Positions 23,401-37,941 of a DNA stretch of 64,000 nt are shown piece after piece. Source of the DNA: Selaginella moellendorffii (taxonomy: Eukaryota > Plantae > Lycopodiophyta). Both the position numbers and the translations under genes were made by a program. Below the pieces are notes generated by a model that did not search any database, was not told the DNA's origin, and worked only from the letters and a program-made list of their open reading frames with translations. The stretch lies in the NCBI RefSeq assembly GCF_000143415.4, contig NW_003314385.1:29296-93295 (forward strand), given 5' to 3'. How positions within the stretch are numbered: position 1 is the first letter of the stretch; the number at the start of each line of letters is the position of its first letter.

Positions 23401-24965
23401 AAATTCAATTAAAAATATCAATTTGCAAAGTTGAGCAAGTGGCATATGTTGGGACCCGAAGGCGCGCCAAAGGTAAGCTAATTAGCATGGGTTGGATAGG
23501 TTGACCAGGCGTAGGGCACTACGCCCGACTCCCTGCGGGGATGTCGAATCCGTAGACGTATTCTACGAAGGTTGGGTTCCAGTCCCAACCCCCTAGTAAA
23601 GCAAGGCTGGGTTCAAGTCCCGACCCTATACTAGGGCATGGTGAGGTGAGGAGTATAGGGACACCTATATTCCGTTGTCATGGGCTCTTGGCCGGGGATG
23701 CTAACTTAGGCACACCGCTAAGTGGGGGGATGCCCCCGGAGACATGGACAACAAGTCGTAGGATAAAACGAGACATTCGATGTGGGCATCGAACTTCTTC
23801 TATGGGTGGTGGAGTTGTAAGGAACCGACTCCCCGAGATGTCGTAGGCTAAAAGATCCCCAAAAGCTTGACCGAAATGACAAAGAGTTCATCGGATGGGA
23901 CCAAGTCGAGGATCGAGTCCAAGACCGACTCTAGGACCGAGTTCGAGATAGAGTCCGGAATCGAGTCCGAGACCGACTCGGGGACCGAGTTCGAGTCTGA
24001 GTTCGAGACCGAGTTCGAGACGGAGTCTGAGATCCGAAATCGGGTCCGAGACCGAGTCCGAGGTCGAGTCCGAGGTCGGGTCCGAGATCGGGTCCAAGAT
24101 TGAGTCCGTGATCGAGTCCGAACCCGAATCCGAAGTCGGATCCGAAATCGGGTCCGAGATCGAGCCAGAGACTAAGTCCAAATACTAATACGGGTCAAGG
24201 GGTGAAAGCCCAAAGCGTGCGTCTCCCAGGGGGGGGGGGGGCTGCAGGGGGTTCCAAAAGTATAGTAGGGATAGTGAGGTCCAGGAACCAGTTTTGAAGG
24301 GACTCTCCAGTTGGGCTTCCAAACCGACTTGAGGTTGAGACTGGGACCGAGGGGCCTTGGGTGGGAGTGAGCATGGACTTGGCTGGTGCCGGAGGGGCCA
24401 TCCAAGGAAGTGCTCAAGAGCAGCTCCCACTCCCGAAAGGGAAACCGATTGCGGTGCTCCCGGCTCATGTGGAGTGGTGCCCCACTTGAGTACCATGCGG
24501 CTCATTGGTCCTCGCCCTTCCTAGGGGCTTGGGCCTTCCTTCGGGATGGAAGTGGGGGGCGAGAGGTACCCATACCGGGCCGCTAGGCCACGGTGTTTCG
24601 CCCCGGCGTCCCGAAGCAAGTGTTGCACTCAAGACTTGGGATTTAGAGGGTCCCATGATCAAGTCTTGTGGTACCAAGGGATATTAGGAACCTGGAAGCT
24701 TGGTGTGCTTGGCTGCTTGTGCTTGTGGGGAGTGTAGCCGAACCTTAAGTCCAGTCTAACCCGGGGAGGGGGATTGGGGGTGATTTGGGAATCTGTGGAA
24801 GGATGGCTAACACTCCGTTGCTTGTGCAGTGAGTAGCTGAAACCAAGTAGGAGCTGGTACCATAGGCGAGAACCTTGGCGAGGGAACTTAGCAAAAGCCA
24901 AGGCAGTGTTGGACAGATAGGCGAGGTAAGCTGGCAAATTGGAAAGGAAAAATTTGTGGCTTACA
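17435..24965 (+). mobile_element. Full-length Ty3/Gypsy chromovirus, copy 1
   Basis: LTRs 17435-18582 and 23816-24965 (TGTAAG...CTTACA). PBS TGGTATCAGAGC (tRNA-iMet) at 18586-18597. PPT at 23801-23815. Domain order gag-PR-RT-RH-IN-chromodomain. Confidence 0.97.
18642..23412 (+). pseudogene. gag-pol of chromovirus copy 1 (frameshift ~20288, several stops, two introns)
   Basis: Zn knuckle [14 protein letters not shown], protease LIDTGAS, RT YIDD, RNase H TDASDFA, integrase HHCC and DDE, chromodomain YEVEAIL..VKWKGF..ATWEPEENL. Introns at 22515-22560 and 22979-23030. Confidence 0.93.
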
Positions 24966-25265
24966 CACAATCAGCCAGCCCAACCCAGCCCAATAAGATA
25001 GCCAGTCCAACCTAATCAGCCAGCTTGTTCCACTCTGTCAGTCAGACTAATTATAGCACACTTCATTTCTCTCCCCTTAAACTATCTAGAAAAGAGCTAA
25101 TTGGTTGATGGAGTAGCATTTGGAGGAATATAAATTGCTTAAATCCTCATCTTCATCACTTTTTAAAATATTTACTTCATTGAAGGTAATATTTGAAAAA
25201 ACTACTCAAAATGGTGCTATATATACTGAATGGTTTGAATTAAATATGCATGGTTCTAATGCATA

Positions 25266-25846
25266 TGTAACCAACAAAAAAAAATGACTTAAAATCCGAT
25301 CTATAAAATTCAAATATAAAGAGAAAGGGCTAAACAAAAGTGCATTCCATTTTGTAATCCGTTAAGGGTTTTGGGATACTTAGAATTAAGCATCCTTGGG
25401 TTTGAATAGTATTAGGCTCGGTGATATTCTGGGAAGTCTAAATTCAAGAGCTTACATTTAGTAATAAAAAGGTCTCAAGTCCAACTTTATTAGTTAGTTA
25501 AAGGAATCATACCACATATTGAAATTAATATTTAGTAGGTCCAGGTTGCCTTCAACTGGGCTCAATTCAAGGGGTAGCATATCAAGAGAGTGGGGTTCTC
25601 ATAAGAGTTATAGCTCTCAACTTTTGTTCATGAGGGCGTGAACTTATAAAGAAGCATAGTGGATTGTAAAATAACTTGAGAGATAATCTATAGGGTTTAA
25701 ATATAGAAAGAAAGGGCCTATGAATAAAAGTGCACCCACTTTTTTAATGGGTTAAGGGTCTTGGGATATTTAGAGTTGAACATTTTTTGTTTAATTAGTA
25801 CTAAGTTCGATGACATCCTAAGAAATCCAAAATTCTGGAGCTGACA
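25266..25846 (+). mobile_element. Degenerate Cassandra-like TRIM
   Basis: Colinear with 39632-40210. LTRs ~25266-25456 and ~25665-25846. Flanks GCATA/GCAAA. Confidence 0.75.
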
Positions 25847-26242
25847 GCAAAATAATATATATATATATATATATATATCTTAAAATTCCTTTACATTATA
25901 CATATAATAATCACACTCATCATGATTAGACATCAATGAAATATTATCTCATAAATGTATTATATTTCTCCATCTAATATTGAACTTTATCATTTACATT
26001 TTATTTTGCTTCACAAAACAAGTGTTACTTCTTTCAACGATGAAACTAGTTCATAATTGTAGTGCTCTTGAATTTAGAGTTAAACTTCAAGCCCATTACA
26101 TTATGAAATAAAGGTTCAATACGCACTCAAAATTCCCTATAAGCACTAGCTCTCCATATCAAACTCTTTCATACAAAATAGTATCAAATAATGTCTAGCA
26201 CAATTTTGGCATACCAATAGTCTAGCACGAGGAGGAGAGTAT

Positions 26243-27645
26243 TGTAAGTGACTAATTTTTTCATTTTACTTTAATCACTCAACGACACATTTGACCACTT
26301 GGAAGAGTCTCACTCATAACTTTTATAAGTTTTATTTCAGACTTGGGGACATAGTAGCCCTATAAATGGCATCTATTCCACTTAGCCTTTGCATTTGGTT
26401 CAAATGCTCTACGTATCTAATCCCATGATAAACACCCCAAAGGTACTATTGACATATCAGCTCGTTATGCTAAAGTTATGTCTATTCACCTTTGTCTCAT
26501 TAATAGTCCAAGATCACCTATACTATAGTTTTGTCTCTCAAAGACTGGGCCATTTGTCTTTTAGTGGTCTTCTTAAAACCACACCTTAGCATCCTTAAAA
26601 TGCTTGGAGACATGAGGAACACTTCGTTAATATCCTTTTTGCGGTCCCCACTAAGTCCCTCTCCATCTATGGCCTTGTTCACCAACACTACCATTGAGTT
26701 AGGGTTTGAAAGCCTGACCACTAAGTCCTATTGACTTCTACAACTCCTTCACTATATGGCTATATCCTTGATCACTACATAAGAGGACTATTCTTCTTCC
26801 TTTCCACAGTCTGGTACTTTGAGGCGACATTTCAAAACACCATGGCCTTAAGTAAAGCTCATAATTACTCTTCCCACCTTTTGCCTTTGGGTGCCCTAGC
26901 CATAGGGTTAGAGCAAAATTCCAATGTGCCATGCCAGGTATTCAAATATATAATGCCACCTACACTTGGATTGGGAGCATTGACCATTTGATCTCCCAAG
27001 CGAGCTAGAGCCAGCTCTTGAACACTTCACCAAGTTACTTGACTTGTCTGTCCATGTTCACTTTAGCCTTAGACTCTTCAATGGTCATATCATCACCCAC
27101 CACATGGGTATAGCCTTCCTTGGTCACATTGGTCTTTTTTGGCCAAACTGACTCCACTAGAGTTTTCCCCCTACTATACTTTTGGAACTCACCAAACCCC
27201 CCAAAGTCTGGGAGATGATTGCTTTGGGCTTTCACCCTCAAACTCAGATTTGGATCACTTTGGGCTTTCATCTTTGGATTCGAATTTAGATTCAGACTTG
27301 GACTCGGACTCAGACTCTGTCTCTATCTCGGTCCCTATTTCAGACTCCTTTAGACTCTATCTTGGACTCTATTTCAGATTCCTTCTTGGACTTCATCTTA
27401 GACTCTATCTTAACACTTCTATATGTCATAACAATTGCAATGTATCATTCCTTCTTGTGTCCCTTTTTAGAGACTCATTCACCGATTACTTCATGCTCAT
27501 TCCTCAAACACTTCTTTAGGAGTTCCACTCCCATTTTTTACTTTTTAAGTTAGAACTTTTAGTCTAAATATGTTATGCTTGTTGGATTTCCACTTTGACC
27601 ACTATTATGTGGCACACTTTAGTGCTTAAGGATTTGTGTTTCATA
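26243..27645 (-). mobile_element. Degenerate solo LTR of the LARD family
   Basis: Reverse-complement similarity to both termini and the interior of LTR 43052-44752. Confidence 0.75.
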
Positions 27646-28861
27646 GGTACCTCACCAATTAGAGTAATATGGAGCTTGGACTTAAACTCAAGTTAAATGC
27701 AAAACAAGGAGCAATATAGCCCAATAGGAGCCAAACTAATGATTCAGATGGTCAACCATGCACTTCAACCACTATTTCTACTGTATATTTAAAATCCCTC
27801 TAGCCCTGCACCCCCCCTCCCTACCCTGAAAAACACATGCTTTGGGCTTTCACCCTAGTACTAGGAGTTAGTCTCTTGGATAAGTTTAAAACTTACTAAA
27901 TATAGAATGGCATTAGATTGTGAATTAGGATATGGGAACAACACTATAGGGTTTAAGACACACTTTACATTCTATAAATATGCCTTTTAGATTTAGACAA
28001 TTATCATAAATATCATATTGATCTAGAATAGTACCAAGGCATGATAGCAAGGGTGTTTAATAGATATGGTAAACTATTATATAGTGATATTGAGGGACTA
28101 GACTCAACATGTGAAAGTTTTTGCCAAGCTAATGCAAGACAAAGTAAAAGAGAACTAACAAGTCAAGCCAAGTATACTTAACTAAATAGATATTTAGGAA
28201 TTCCTTTTTTATGCTCATTTAGTTAAATATTATTACTAAATCTAGTTTATTTAAACTTGGACAAGAGGGGCTGACAAAACGAACCAATAGTACCGATCTT
28301 CTACCATCATAACAATAAGAAAAGAGTATCTGTAAGAATTAGTTAACAAATATCTTTCAATACTCAAAGTCATATTTGTGATATTCTTCCCTCTTTGGGA
28401 AAGATTGACATTCTCGTTAATGCATACCCTAGTCTAGCAATACATCAAGGAAACAATTCCAAAAAATAGAAAGCACACTTTATGAGAAACACACCAACTT
28501 AAATTAGTGGAGAAATTACTTCTTCTCTACATCAAAAAACACTAAGACTCAAACACCCTCCAACTATCACCGACATGAAAATAATTAATGGAGTTAGCCA
28601 CCTTTATTGCTCTGAGTACCACTTAGATTACAAAAAAATGATACACCTCTATCTGAAGGGATATAGGGATAAAAACAAAGGCCCAACTCCCATGAGCACA
28701 AAGTCTAAGATGAAGTCTGAGATGGAGTCTAAGGAGTCCAAGAAAGAGTCCAACATGGAGTCTAAGATGGAGTCCAAGACCAGAGGGAATATCTTCAAAA
28801 TGTCCACTATAGTATTAATCTTAATCCAGGTAAAACTAAGGAAGAGCCTAGGGGACATAAA

Positions 28862-30786
28862 TGTCCTAGCAGCTAAGTGCTCTACAGAGTGTTCTATGAT
28901 AGCCCCTGGTTTCCCTTACGTCACTTTAATCTTAAATGTCATGGCTGAGGCGGAAAATGGCAAAAGAATCACTGCTCTTCTACTGTAGGTGTGGATCACA
29001 GCTAGGTTCTATGCAAGGTGTCACTTTGAGAGGGAGCAGGGAGAGATCCTAGATACCTGTGTTTCTGGCTTGGATGGGATGAGGATGGAGAGGGTGTTAT
29101 GATCTGGCGCAAAAAGACAAAGATCTAGTTGCCCTAGACTATGCTACGCCACCTCTTGAGGTTCCTCACCACCCAACCACCCCCGAGCTACCTCAAAAGC
29201 TCCATTGCGTCGCCGCTCCACTGTGAGCCCTAGGGTAGGTTAAGTCCCTTACCCTAACATGCCTTAATATACCCTTGAGCCTCCCTTTGACCGACGTTGA
29301 CCACGTAGTCAAAGCTGGCACCTAACAATTCTTTCCCCCCAACAAAGTCCTTGTCCCAAGGACAAGTTGTACCGGTGATCACCCTTTCTGGGGAATCCTG
29401 CTCAAGCTCCTGGTCCATCTTCCACAGCCGTATACATCAAGGAGGTATTGGGCCCGTCACTCCGAGATAGTACACCTTTCAACTGGCTGACATAAAATAC
29501 CGGATGAATTTTCACCCCAACTGGCAGCTGCACCCAATAAGCCGCTTTACCAATGCGCTCCAACACTTCATATGGACCAGCATATCGATGGGAAAGTTTA
29601 TCACTCTTCCTTGTCCGTAAAGGCACCAAGGTGTTCCGCCGCTCACTTGACAGAAAGATCACTCGCACAAAGACGAGATCACCCACCTTATATTCCCGGA
29701 ATTGGCGATGCTCATTGGCAAACTTCTCCGTTCTATCCTGAGCTGCTTGCAAATTCCGTTTACACACCACCAGAATCTCATCAAGTTCTGTGGCCAGATC
29801 AGTTGCCTCGGAATCAAGCTTATCTTGAACGTCCTTACTTAAATGCAATCCCAACTCCACTGATGTTCGAGGATGCCTTCCAAACATGGCAAAGTAAGGA
29901 CTTAGCTTGGTTCCACTGTGTTGGCTATTGTTGTAAGCAAATTGCACCAACGGAAGATATAGATCCCACTGTCCTTGCCTTTGACCAATGCTACAACGTA
30001 GCATATCCTCCACCACCTGATTCACACGCTCAGTTTGCCCATCCGTCTGAGGATGATCTCCACTCGAGAGTTTCAAAGTCACTTGCATAGCCTTTGCAAA
30101 GCTTTTCCAAAATCCACTGGTGAACTTTGAATCTCGATCACTAATGATTTCCTCCGGCAAACCAAAATCAGGAAAAACCTTCTCCAAGTAAACCGCAGCC
30201 AAGTTTGAGGTAGTGACAGTCTTCCGAAGAGCCAACAACCGCACATACTTCGTCAACCGATCCACTATGACCCATACTTGCTCCTTTTGCCTCTGTGTTC
30301 GTGGCAAACAAGTGATGAAGTCCATAGAGATAATACACCAACGGCTCTAAGGAATAGGTAAAGGTTGCAAAAGTCCCCCTGGCTTCTCCCGTGGCACCTT
30401 AACCCGCTGACAAAGCTCACATGATTTACAATACTTGAGGATATCAGCCTTCATATTCCTCCAATAAAAGTTGCGCTTAATCAACTCATACGTCTTCTTC
30501 CCCCCAGAATGACCGGCCTCTGGACGATCATGATAGTGGAATAAAATTTGAGTAATTAATGCATCCACCCGTGGCAAATAAACACGGCCATTGTAGCAGA
30601 GAATCCCATCCACCAATGAGAAAGGAGCTTCCATCTGGTCTCGCAAAGAGGCCACCTCAGCATCCTGAGCCTGAGCATGCTCAACCAATTGCCCAAACTC
30701 GCTGACCACCTTACTCAAATGATGACAAAATCGTGTTCGTAATGTCATCACATGACGAACACGAGATAAAGCATCCGCCACCACAT
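28862..30786 (-). mobile_element. Ty3/Gypsy integrase, PPT and 3' LTR; host element part 2 (inverted)
   Basis: NVVADALSR, HHCC, MDFI...SDRD...HPQTDGQTERVN and GPY. PPT GGGGGGAAAGAAT precedes an LTR at ~29327-28862 (TG...CA). Confidence 0.85.
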
Positions 30787-33700
30787 TGTAAGCCACAAAT
30801 TTTTCCTTTCCACTTTGCCAGCTTACCTCGCCTATCCGTCCAACACTGCCTTGGCTTTTGCTAAGTTCCCTCGCCAAGGTTCTCGCCTATGGTACCAGCT
30901 CCTACTTGGTTTCAGCTACTCACTGCACGAGCAACGGAGTGTTAGCCATCCTTCCACGGATTCCCAAATCACTCCCAATCCCCCTCCCCGGGTTAGACTG
31001 GACTTAAGGTTCGGCTACACTCCCCACAAGCACAAGCAGCCAAGCACACCAAGCTTCCAGGTTCCTAACATCCCTTGGTACCACAAGACTTGATCATGGG
31101 ACCCTCTAAATCCCAAGTCTTGAGTGCAACACTTGCTTCGGGACGCCGGGGCGAAACACCGTGGCCTAGCGGCCCGGTATGGGTACCTCTCGCCCCCCAC
31201 TTCCATCCCGAAGGAAGGCCCAAGCCCCTAGGAAGGGCGAGGACCAATGAGCCGCATGGTACTCAAGTGGGGCACCACTCCACATGAGCCGGGAACACCG
31301 CAATCGGTTTCCCTTTCGGGAGTGGGAGCTGCTCTTGAGCACTTCCTTGGATGGCCCCTCCGGCACCAGCCAAGTCCATGCTCACTCCCACCCAAGGCCC
31401 CTCGGTCCCAGTCTCAACCTCAAGTCGGTTTGGAAGCCCAACTGGAGAGTCCCTTCAAAACTGGTTCCTGGACCTCACTATCCCTACTATACTTTTGGAA
31501 CCCCCTGCAGCCCCCCCCCCCTGGGAGACGCACGCTTTGGGCTTTCACCCCTTGACCCGTATTAGTATTTGGACTTAGTCTCTGGCTCGATCTCGGACCC
31601 GATCTCAGACCCGACCTCGGACTCGACCTCGGACTCGGTCTCGGACCCGATTTCGGATCTCGGACTCCGTCTCGAACTCGGTCTCGAACTCGGACTCAAA
31701 CTCGGTCCCCGAGTCGGTCTCGGACTCGATTCCGGACTCTATCTCGAACTCGGTCCTAGAGTCGGTCTTGGACTCGATCCTCGACTTGGTCCCATCCGAT
31801 GAACTCTTTGTCATTTCGGTCAAGCTTTTGGGGATCTTTTAGACTATGACATCTCGGGGAGTCGGTTCCTTACAACTCCACCACCCATAGAAGAAGTTCG
31901 ATGCCCACATCGAACGTCTCGTTTTATCCTATAACTTGTTGTCCATGTCTCCGGGGGCATCCCCCCACTTAGCAGTGTGCCTAAGTTAGCCTCCCCGGCC
32001 AAGAGCCCATGACAACGGAATATAGGTGTCCCTATACTCCTCACCTCACCATGCCCTAGTATAGGGTCGGGACTTGAACCCAGCCTTGCTTTACTAGGGG
32101 GTTGGGACTCGAACCCAACCTCCGTAGAATACGTCTACGGATTCGACATCCCCGCGGGGAGTCGGGCGTAGTGCCCTACGCCTGGTCAACCTATCCAACC
32201 CATGCTAATTAGCTTACCTTTGGCGCGCCTTCGGGTCCCAACATATGCCACTTGCTCAACTTTGCAAATTGATATTTTTAATTGAATTTTGCATAAGTAC
32301 ATAGAGTTCTGCTTTGCAGAAATTCCTCCACTAGATCTCACGCGTTCGCTAGGTTCTCCTCCGGTTCCCATGTTGCTTCGCAGTGTGGAAATCCTTTCCA
32401 CTTCACATGGAACTCTCTCACCTCGCGTCCTTGTCGCTTGCTCTTGTGCGCATTGAGGATGGCCTCGACTTCGTATTCCTCTTCCCCTTGGATAACCTCA
32501 GGTAAAGGTCTTACTTGGTCCTTGCGAAGCGGATCCTCAAAGTACGGCTTGAGTAAGTTCACATGGAACACTGGGTGCATCTTCCCCATCTCTCGAGGAA
32601 GTCGGAGTCGGTAAGCCACTTTACCGATTCGTGCCTCAATCTCGTAAGGCCCCGCGAACCTGCTTAAGGAACTCAAGATCAATTCATTTACAGGAATACA
32701 TGCATTTTTACCTTTGGGTCAACTTTCGGCTGATCCCACTTGGTAGCCTGAGGTTCTTGGTGTTCAGCCACACCTTCTCCCCAGCTTGGAACTCTACATC
32801 TCGGCGCTTTAGGTTCGCGTACTTGGTTTGCCTTTGTTGAGCCCGTTCCAAGGAATCCCTCACTAGATTCCAAATGTTGAGTCTTTCCGCCGTGAATGCC
32901 TCCACTGCGGGTAACTCTCCATGATACTCGGCCACGCCGAGTTCCACAGGACCTTCAATAGCTCGCCCATTGATGACTTCCCATGGACTCACCCCGATAC
33001 TCGAATGTGGTGAGTTGTTATAACACATTTCCGCAAGTCCCAAATGACTTACCCAATCGGTCTGGTCTCCCGAGATATAGCATCGCAAATAATCCTCCAG
33101 CTGCCTATTCACCCTTTCCGTTTGTCCGTCTGTCAAGAAGTGTTAGTGCCAACAACTTGACTCCATACCCCATACCTGTCTGTGGGTGATAGGCTGTGCT
33201 GAATTTCAACTTGGTGCGATACTGTTCCAGGAGAGTCCTCCAGAACCTACTGGTGAAGATCTTATCTCGATCTGAGATGATCTCTTCCGGTCTTCCCCGC
33301 ACTCGAACCACTTGTTCGAAGAACAGCTTTGCCACACCTTCCGCATCCACCTCTGTTGTGGTGGGTATGAAGTGTGCCATTTTCGAAAATTGGTCCACCA
33401 CCACGAATATCGCATCAAACCCCTCACTTGGGGGGAGTCCCGTGATGAAGTCCATCGTAAGACATTTCCACGGGCGATCTGGAATTGGGATGCTTTGCAA
33501 CAAGCCCCCACTAGCCTTGGTCACGGCTTTTACCTGCTGACATGTTGGACATGTCTTTACATAGTCTTGGACGTCCTTAGCCATATCTGGTCAATGGTAC
33601 TTCCTTTTGAGTAAGCCCATCATCTTGGGCACTCCACCGTGTCCCGCAAGAGGTCCGTCATGACACTCCTCTAAGGCCACCTTCCTTAGTTCCCCTTCTG

Positions 33701-36700
33701 GAACATACACCCTCGTTTGTTTGTAATAAATGAGTCCGTTGCGTTTCGCATAGCCCGTTTTCTCTTCCGTTGGCAGCTCACCTCTCTGGTGAGCTTCCCG
33801 CGCCTCTAGATTCCTTAGCAACACTTCCTATGCTAGACCATCGTTCTCATATGCTGTCCGCACATCGTCCCAGAAGGTTGCTGTTGCGCTGGATATTGCC
33901 AACTTCAAGCTCGCTTTTCGACTTAGCGCATCCGCCACGATGTTGCTCTTCCCAGGCTTGTACAGAATTTCGCAATCAAACTCGGCCAAGGCATTGGCCC
34001 ACCGACCTTGTTTCCCTCTTAGGTCGGGCTGTGACAAGAAGTGTTTCGTTGCCACATTGTCCGTGTAAACCTTGAAGTGTCTCCCAAGGTAGTGTCGCCA
34101 CTCCTTGAGTGCCTTGACCACCGCAAACAATTCCTTCTCATGGGTAGGCCACTTCCGTTGAGCCTTGTCCAGCTTCTTCGAGAAGAACGCTACCGGATGG
34201 TTGTCTTGCTTTAGAACTGCGCCCAACGCAAAGTCCGAAGCATCTGTTTCTACCTCAAAGTCCTTACCAAAGTCTGGCAATGCCAATACGGGAGCCTTCC
34301 TCAACTTCCCTTTGAGGTGGACGAATGCCGCCTCGCATTCTGCTGTCCATACCATCTTCCCTTTTCCTGTTTGGTCCGTTAAGGGCAGGGCTACTCTCGA
34401 ATAGTGTCTGATAAACTTTCGATAGTAGTTGCATAGCCCCAGGAACGCCCTCAACTCATGTACATTCGATGGTCACTCCCATTCCTGGATCGCTTGGACC
34501 TTCTCCGGGTCCACCTTGAGCCCGTCCTGGCCCACCACATGCCCGAGAAACTTTACCTCTTGTTGAGCAAAGTCACATTTGCTCTCTTTAGCATACAGTT
34601 TGTGTTCCCTTAGTTTCTCAAACACCTTCGCCAAGTGTTCGGCATGCTCCTCTAGCGTCTCGCTATAGATCAGGATGTCGTCAATATAGACGACCACGAA
34701 GTGATCCAGATAGGGTACAAAGATGTGGTTCATCAACGCCGAAAACGTTGCCGGCGCATTGCACAACCCAAAGGGCATCACTAGAAACTCAAAGCTCCCA
34801 TACCTCGTTCGACAGGTTGTCTTCTCGACATCTTCCTCAGCTACCCTGATCTGGTAGTATCCTGACCTTAGGTCAATCCTCGAGAAATATTTTGCCTTTC
34901 CCAACCTATCGAACAGGTCCTCAATCCTAGGCAAAGGGTACTTGTTCTTCTTGGTATACTTGTTGAGCAACCGGTAATCTATGCATATGCGCATAGATCC
35001 ATCTTTCTTTTTCACAAATAATACCGGCGCCCCATACGGCGACTTGCTCAACCTAACATACCCTTTGTCCACCAACTCCTCTAGTTGGCACTTGAGCTCC
35101 TTGAGTTCCTTTTCGTTCAAACGATAGGGTGGACGAACCACCGCCTCAGCGCCCTCGACCAGCTCAATCTTATGTTCTATCGGTCGTGCGGGGGGCAACC
35201 CTGCCGGTAGCTCCTCCGGCATGGTATCCTGGAATTGGTCCAACACTCGCTGGATCACTAAAGGCACTTCTTCCGTTCTTGTCTTTTTGTCACTCTTCAC
35301 CGAGAGTAAGCACAAAAAGGCTGCCTTAGTTCCTTTAGTGAGTTGTCCTCTCGTGGACACCAGGTTTAAGCAGGATTCTTTGGCCTTGCTTTGCCCTACC
35401 TTTAGATCCTGGGCTTCCACCCTAGATCTTCTTCCTTGGGCATTCGCCAGTACCACAAGGTTCCTACCTTGTCCATGTAGGGCTACCACGAACCGATTGA
35501 ACCAATCCATTCCGAAGATCACGTCAAATCCCGCCATGTCCAACACAGTGAAATCCATGTCTACCTTCCATGTCCCTACTTCGACTTTCGCTTGTCGAAG
35601 TACCTCATCGGTGCTTTGGCTACCTTGAACAAACTCTATAGTCCTTGGTTCGCCTAGCCGCTGCACCGTTAGTCCGGCTTGCCGGACTATGTCTGCAGCC
35701 ACAAAATTATCCGAAGCACCCGTGTCAATAAGGATCTTAACAAAGCTACCTCCGAGCTTCCCTCGGAGGGCTAGTAGATGTCGCGAACGACTCTCTACCA
35801 AAGTTGCTCGTGTAATGAGTAACTTTGAGTTAGGGACTGGATCACATACCTCATTTTGGACTTCACCCGACTTGATGGCCATATTGGCTCTGGCCTTCTT
35901 CGGGTAGGGACATTCCCTCGAAAAGTGTCCCGCTTCATTGCAGTTGTAGCATACGTTGTTTCCCACGCTGCTATATGACTTGACCTTCTTATCCGTGGGT
36001 TTGTCTCTTTTCGCTTGACTCCCCCACGTACTTGCTCGCTGGCCACCGGATTTGCCTTTCCGGAATCCCGAGGACTCATTCTTAGAGAAACTCTTCTTGA
36101 ATTTCCCCCTGTTATATGTTCCCCTCGGTTTGGCCCCTTTGTGAAACGTGGATCCCGACCCCGTCGTGTTCCCCTTTCACAGGTTATCGTTGAAATGCAC
36201 CTTGATGGCTGCATCCAACGCTTCCTTGTAGTTGGTCGGGTTCCAGCGCATCACCTCACCGCGAGCCCAGGTTTGCAAACCTGATATAAAGGCATGGAAC
36301 GCATCCATATCCCCCATGTCCGTGACAAGTATCCTCTTTGCCATGAACCCATTCACATATTCCTGGATGGTTCCAGTCTGCTTCAGCCTACTCAGCTCAT
36401 CTCTCAGATGCAGAGTGGCATTCGGAGGAACGTATGTCGCGCGGATCCTCGCCTTCATCATGTCCCAGGTGGCCACCGGTCCTTCGTTGGCCTCCGTTGT
36501 TCTCCACCAAGACTTGGCATTATCTGCCAAGTATGGTTTTGCACATGGGACCTTCTCCGAGCTCGGTAACCGTAACGCTCGAAAGTAGTCCTCCATATCG
36601 TAAAACCAATCCTCCACAACCTTATAGTCGTTCAGTCCCTTGAACACCGGTGGGGGCTTTGGTTTGTACTTGGGAACTGCCTGAGGGACTGATTCCACTT

Positions 36701-37395
36701 CGGTCTGTTCGACCTTGTCCGGTTTTGCCTCAATCCCTGCCGAAGGGTCCGCACCTTCTGCGCTGCCTTCATCCGCAGTCTTTCGCTTTTTCTTCCGCTT
36801 CTCGTCACGCTTTAACTTGCGTACGAGAGTCTCCAGCAAGGCATTGGTCTGTGCCAACTGTCCTTCTAGCACGTCCAATCGAGCCTTGGACGACCGAACC
36901 TCGCCACCAGACTACTGTTTGGAAGTTTCCTCACTAGAGTCCTCCTCATGCAAGGATTCCTCATCCATAGCCTCTTGTTCAACCGGAGGCTCCAGCTCCG
37001 GCGGAGGTTCCGTCTCCACCTGGGTTCGCTTACGCCCTGCCCTTGCCATCTCCCAGCAATCCGCCTCTATCCTTCGCTAGAACTGAGATAAAGGCTCCCA
37101 AGTCTTGAGTGCAACACTTGCTTTGGGACGTCGGGGCGAAACACCGTGGCCTAGCGGCCCGGTATGGGTACCTCTCGCCCCCCACTTCCATCCCGAAGGA
37201 AGGCCCAAGCCCCTAGGAAGGGCGAGGACCAATGAGCCGCATGGTACTCAAGTGGGGCACCACTCCACATGAGCCGGGAGCACCGCAATCGGTTTCCCTT
37301 TCGGGAGTGGGAGCTGCTCTTGAGCACTTCCTTGGATGGCCCCTCCGGCACCAGCCAAGTCCATGCTCACTCCCACCCAAGGCCCCTCGGCCCCT
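30787..37395 (-). mobile_element. Ty3/Gypsy chromovirus, copy 2 (5' LTR truncated; PBS and U5 deleted)
   Basis: 3' LTR 30787-31874 (60 bp shorter in the tandem-repeat tract). Internal region highly similar to copy 1. 5' LTR remnant 37098-37395. Confidence 0.95.
32278..37049 (-). pseudogene. gag-pol of chromovirus copy 2
   Basis: Same domains as copy 1. gag-PR-RT in one frame. Several stops. Introns at 33130-33175 and 32660-32711. Confidence 0.92.
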
Positions 37396-37941
37396 AATAT
37401 AGAGGGAAAGGGCCCATGAACAAGAGTGCACCCCCTTTTCCAATCGGTTAAGGGTTTTGGGATAGTTGGAGTTAAGCGTCCATGGGTTTGAATAGTATTG
37501 GGCTAGGTGACCTCCCAGGAAGTCCAAACTTAGGAGCTTACATTTGGTATCGGAGCGGTCTCGGGTCCGACTCTGTTGGTTGGCTAAGGGAATCACACCA
37601 CATGTTGACTGACATCTGGCTGGTCCAGTTTGCTTGCACTGGGCTCGACCCGAGGGGTAGGGTGTCAAGAGAGCGAGGCTCTCGGGAGAGCTGCGGCTCT
37701 CAGCTTCCGTTCACGAGGGCGTGAACTTGTAGGGAAGCATGGTGGATTGTAAGCAACCAAAGGGAACGACTCGAGAGACGATCCATGGGGTTCAAATATA
37801 GAGGGAAAGGGCCCATGAACAAGAGTGCACCCCCTTTTTCAATCGATTAAGGGTTTTGGGATAGTTGGAGTTAAGTGTCCTTGGGTTTGAATAGTATTGG
37901 GCTGGGTGACCTCCCAGGAAGTCCAAACTTAGGAGCTTACA
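37396..37941 (+). mobile_element. Cassandra-like TRIM with truncated 5' LTR, fused to the chromovirus LTR
   Basis: LTRs 37396-37542 (partial) and 37748-37941. PBS TGGTATCGGAGC. LTR carries the 5S-like block AGTTAAGCGTCCATGGG...TAGTATTGGGCTAGGTGACCTCCCAGGAAGTCC. Confidence 0.85.

Noticed and set aside
23570-23630. tRNA gene suggested by GGGTTCAAGTCCC
   Set aside because: Only T-arm-like hairpins; no D arm, anticodon arm or acceptor stem.
37470-37526. 5S rRNA gene
   Set aside because: Only the internal promoter part, embedded in a TRIM LTR.
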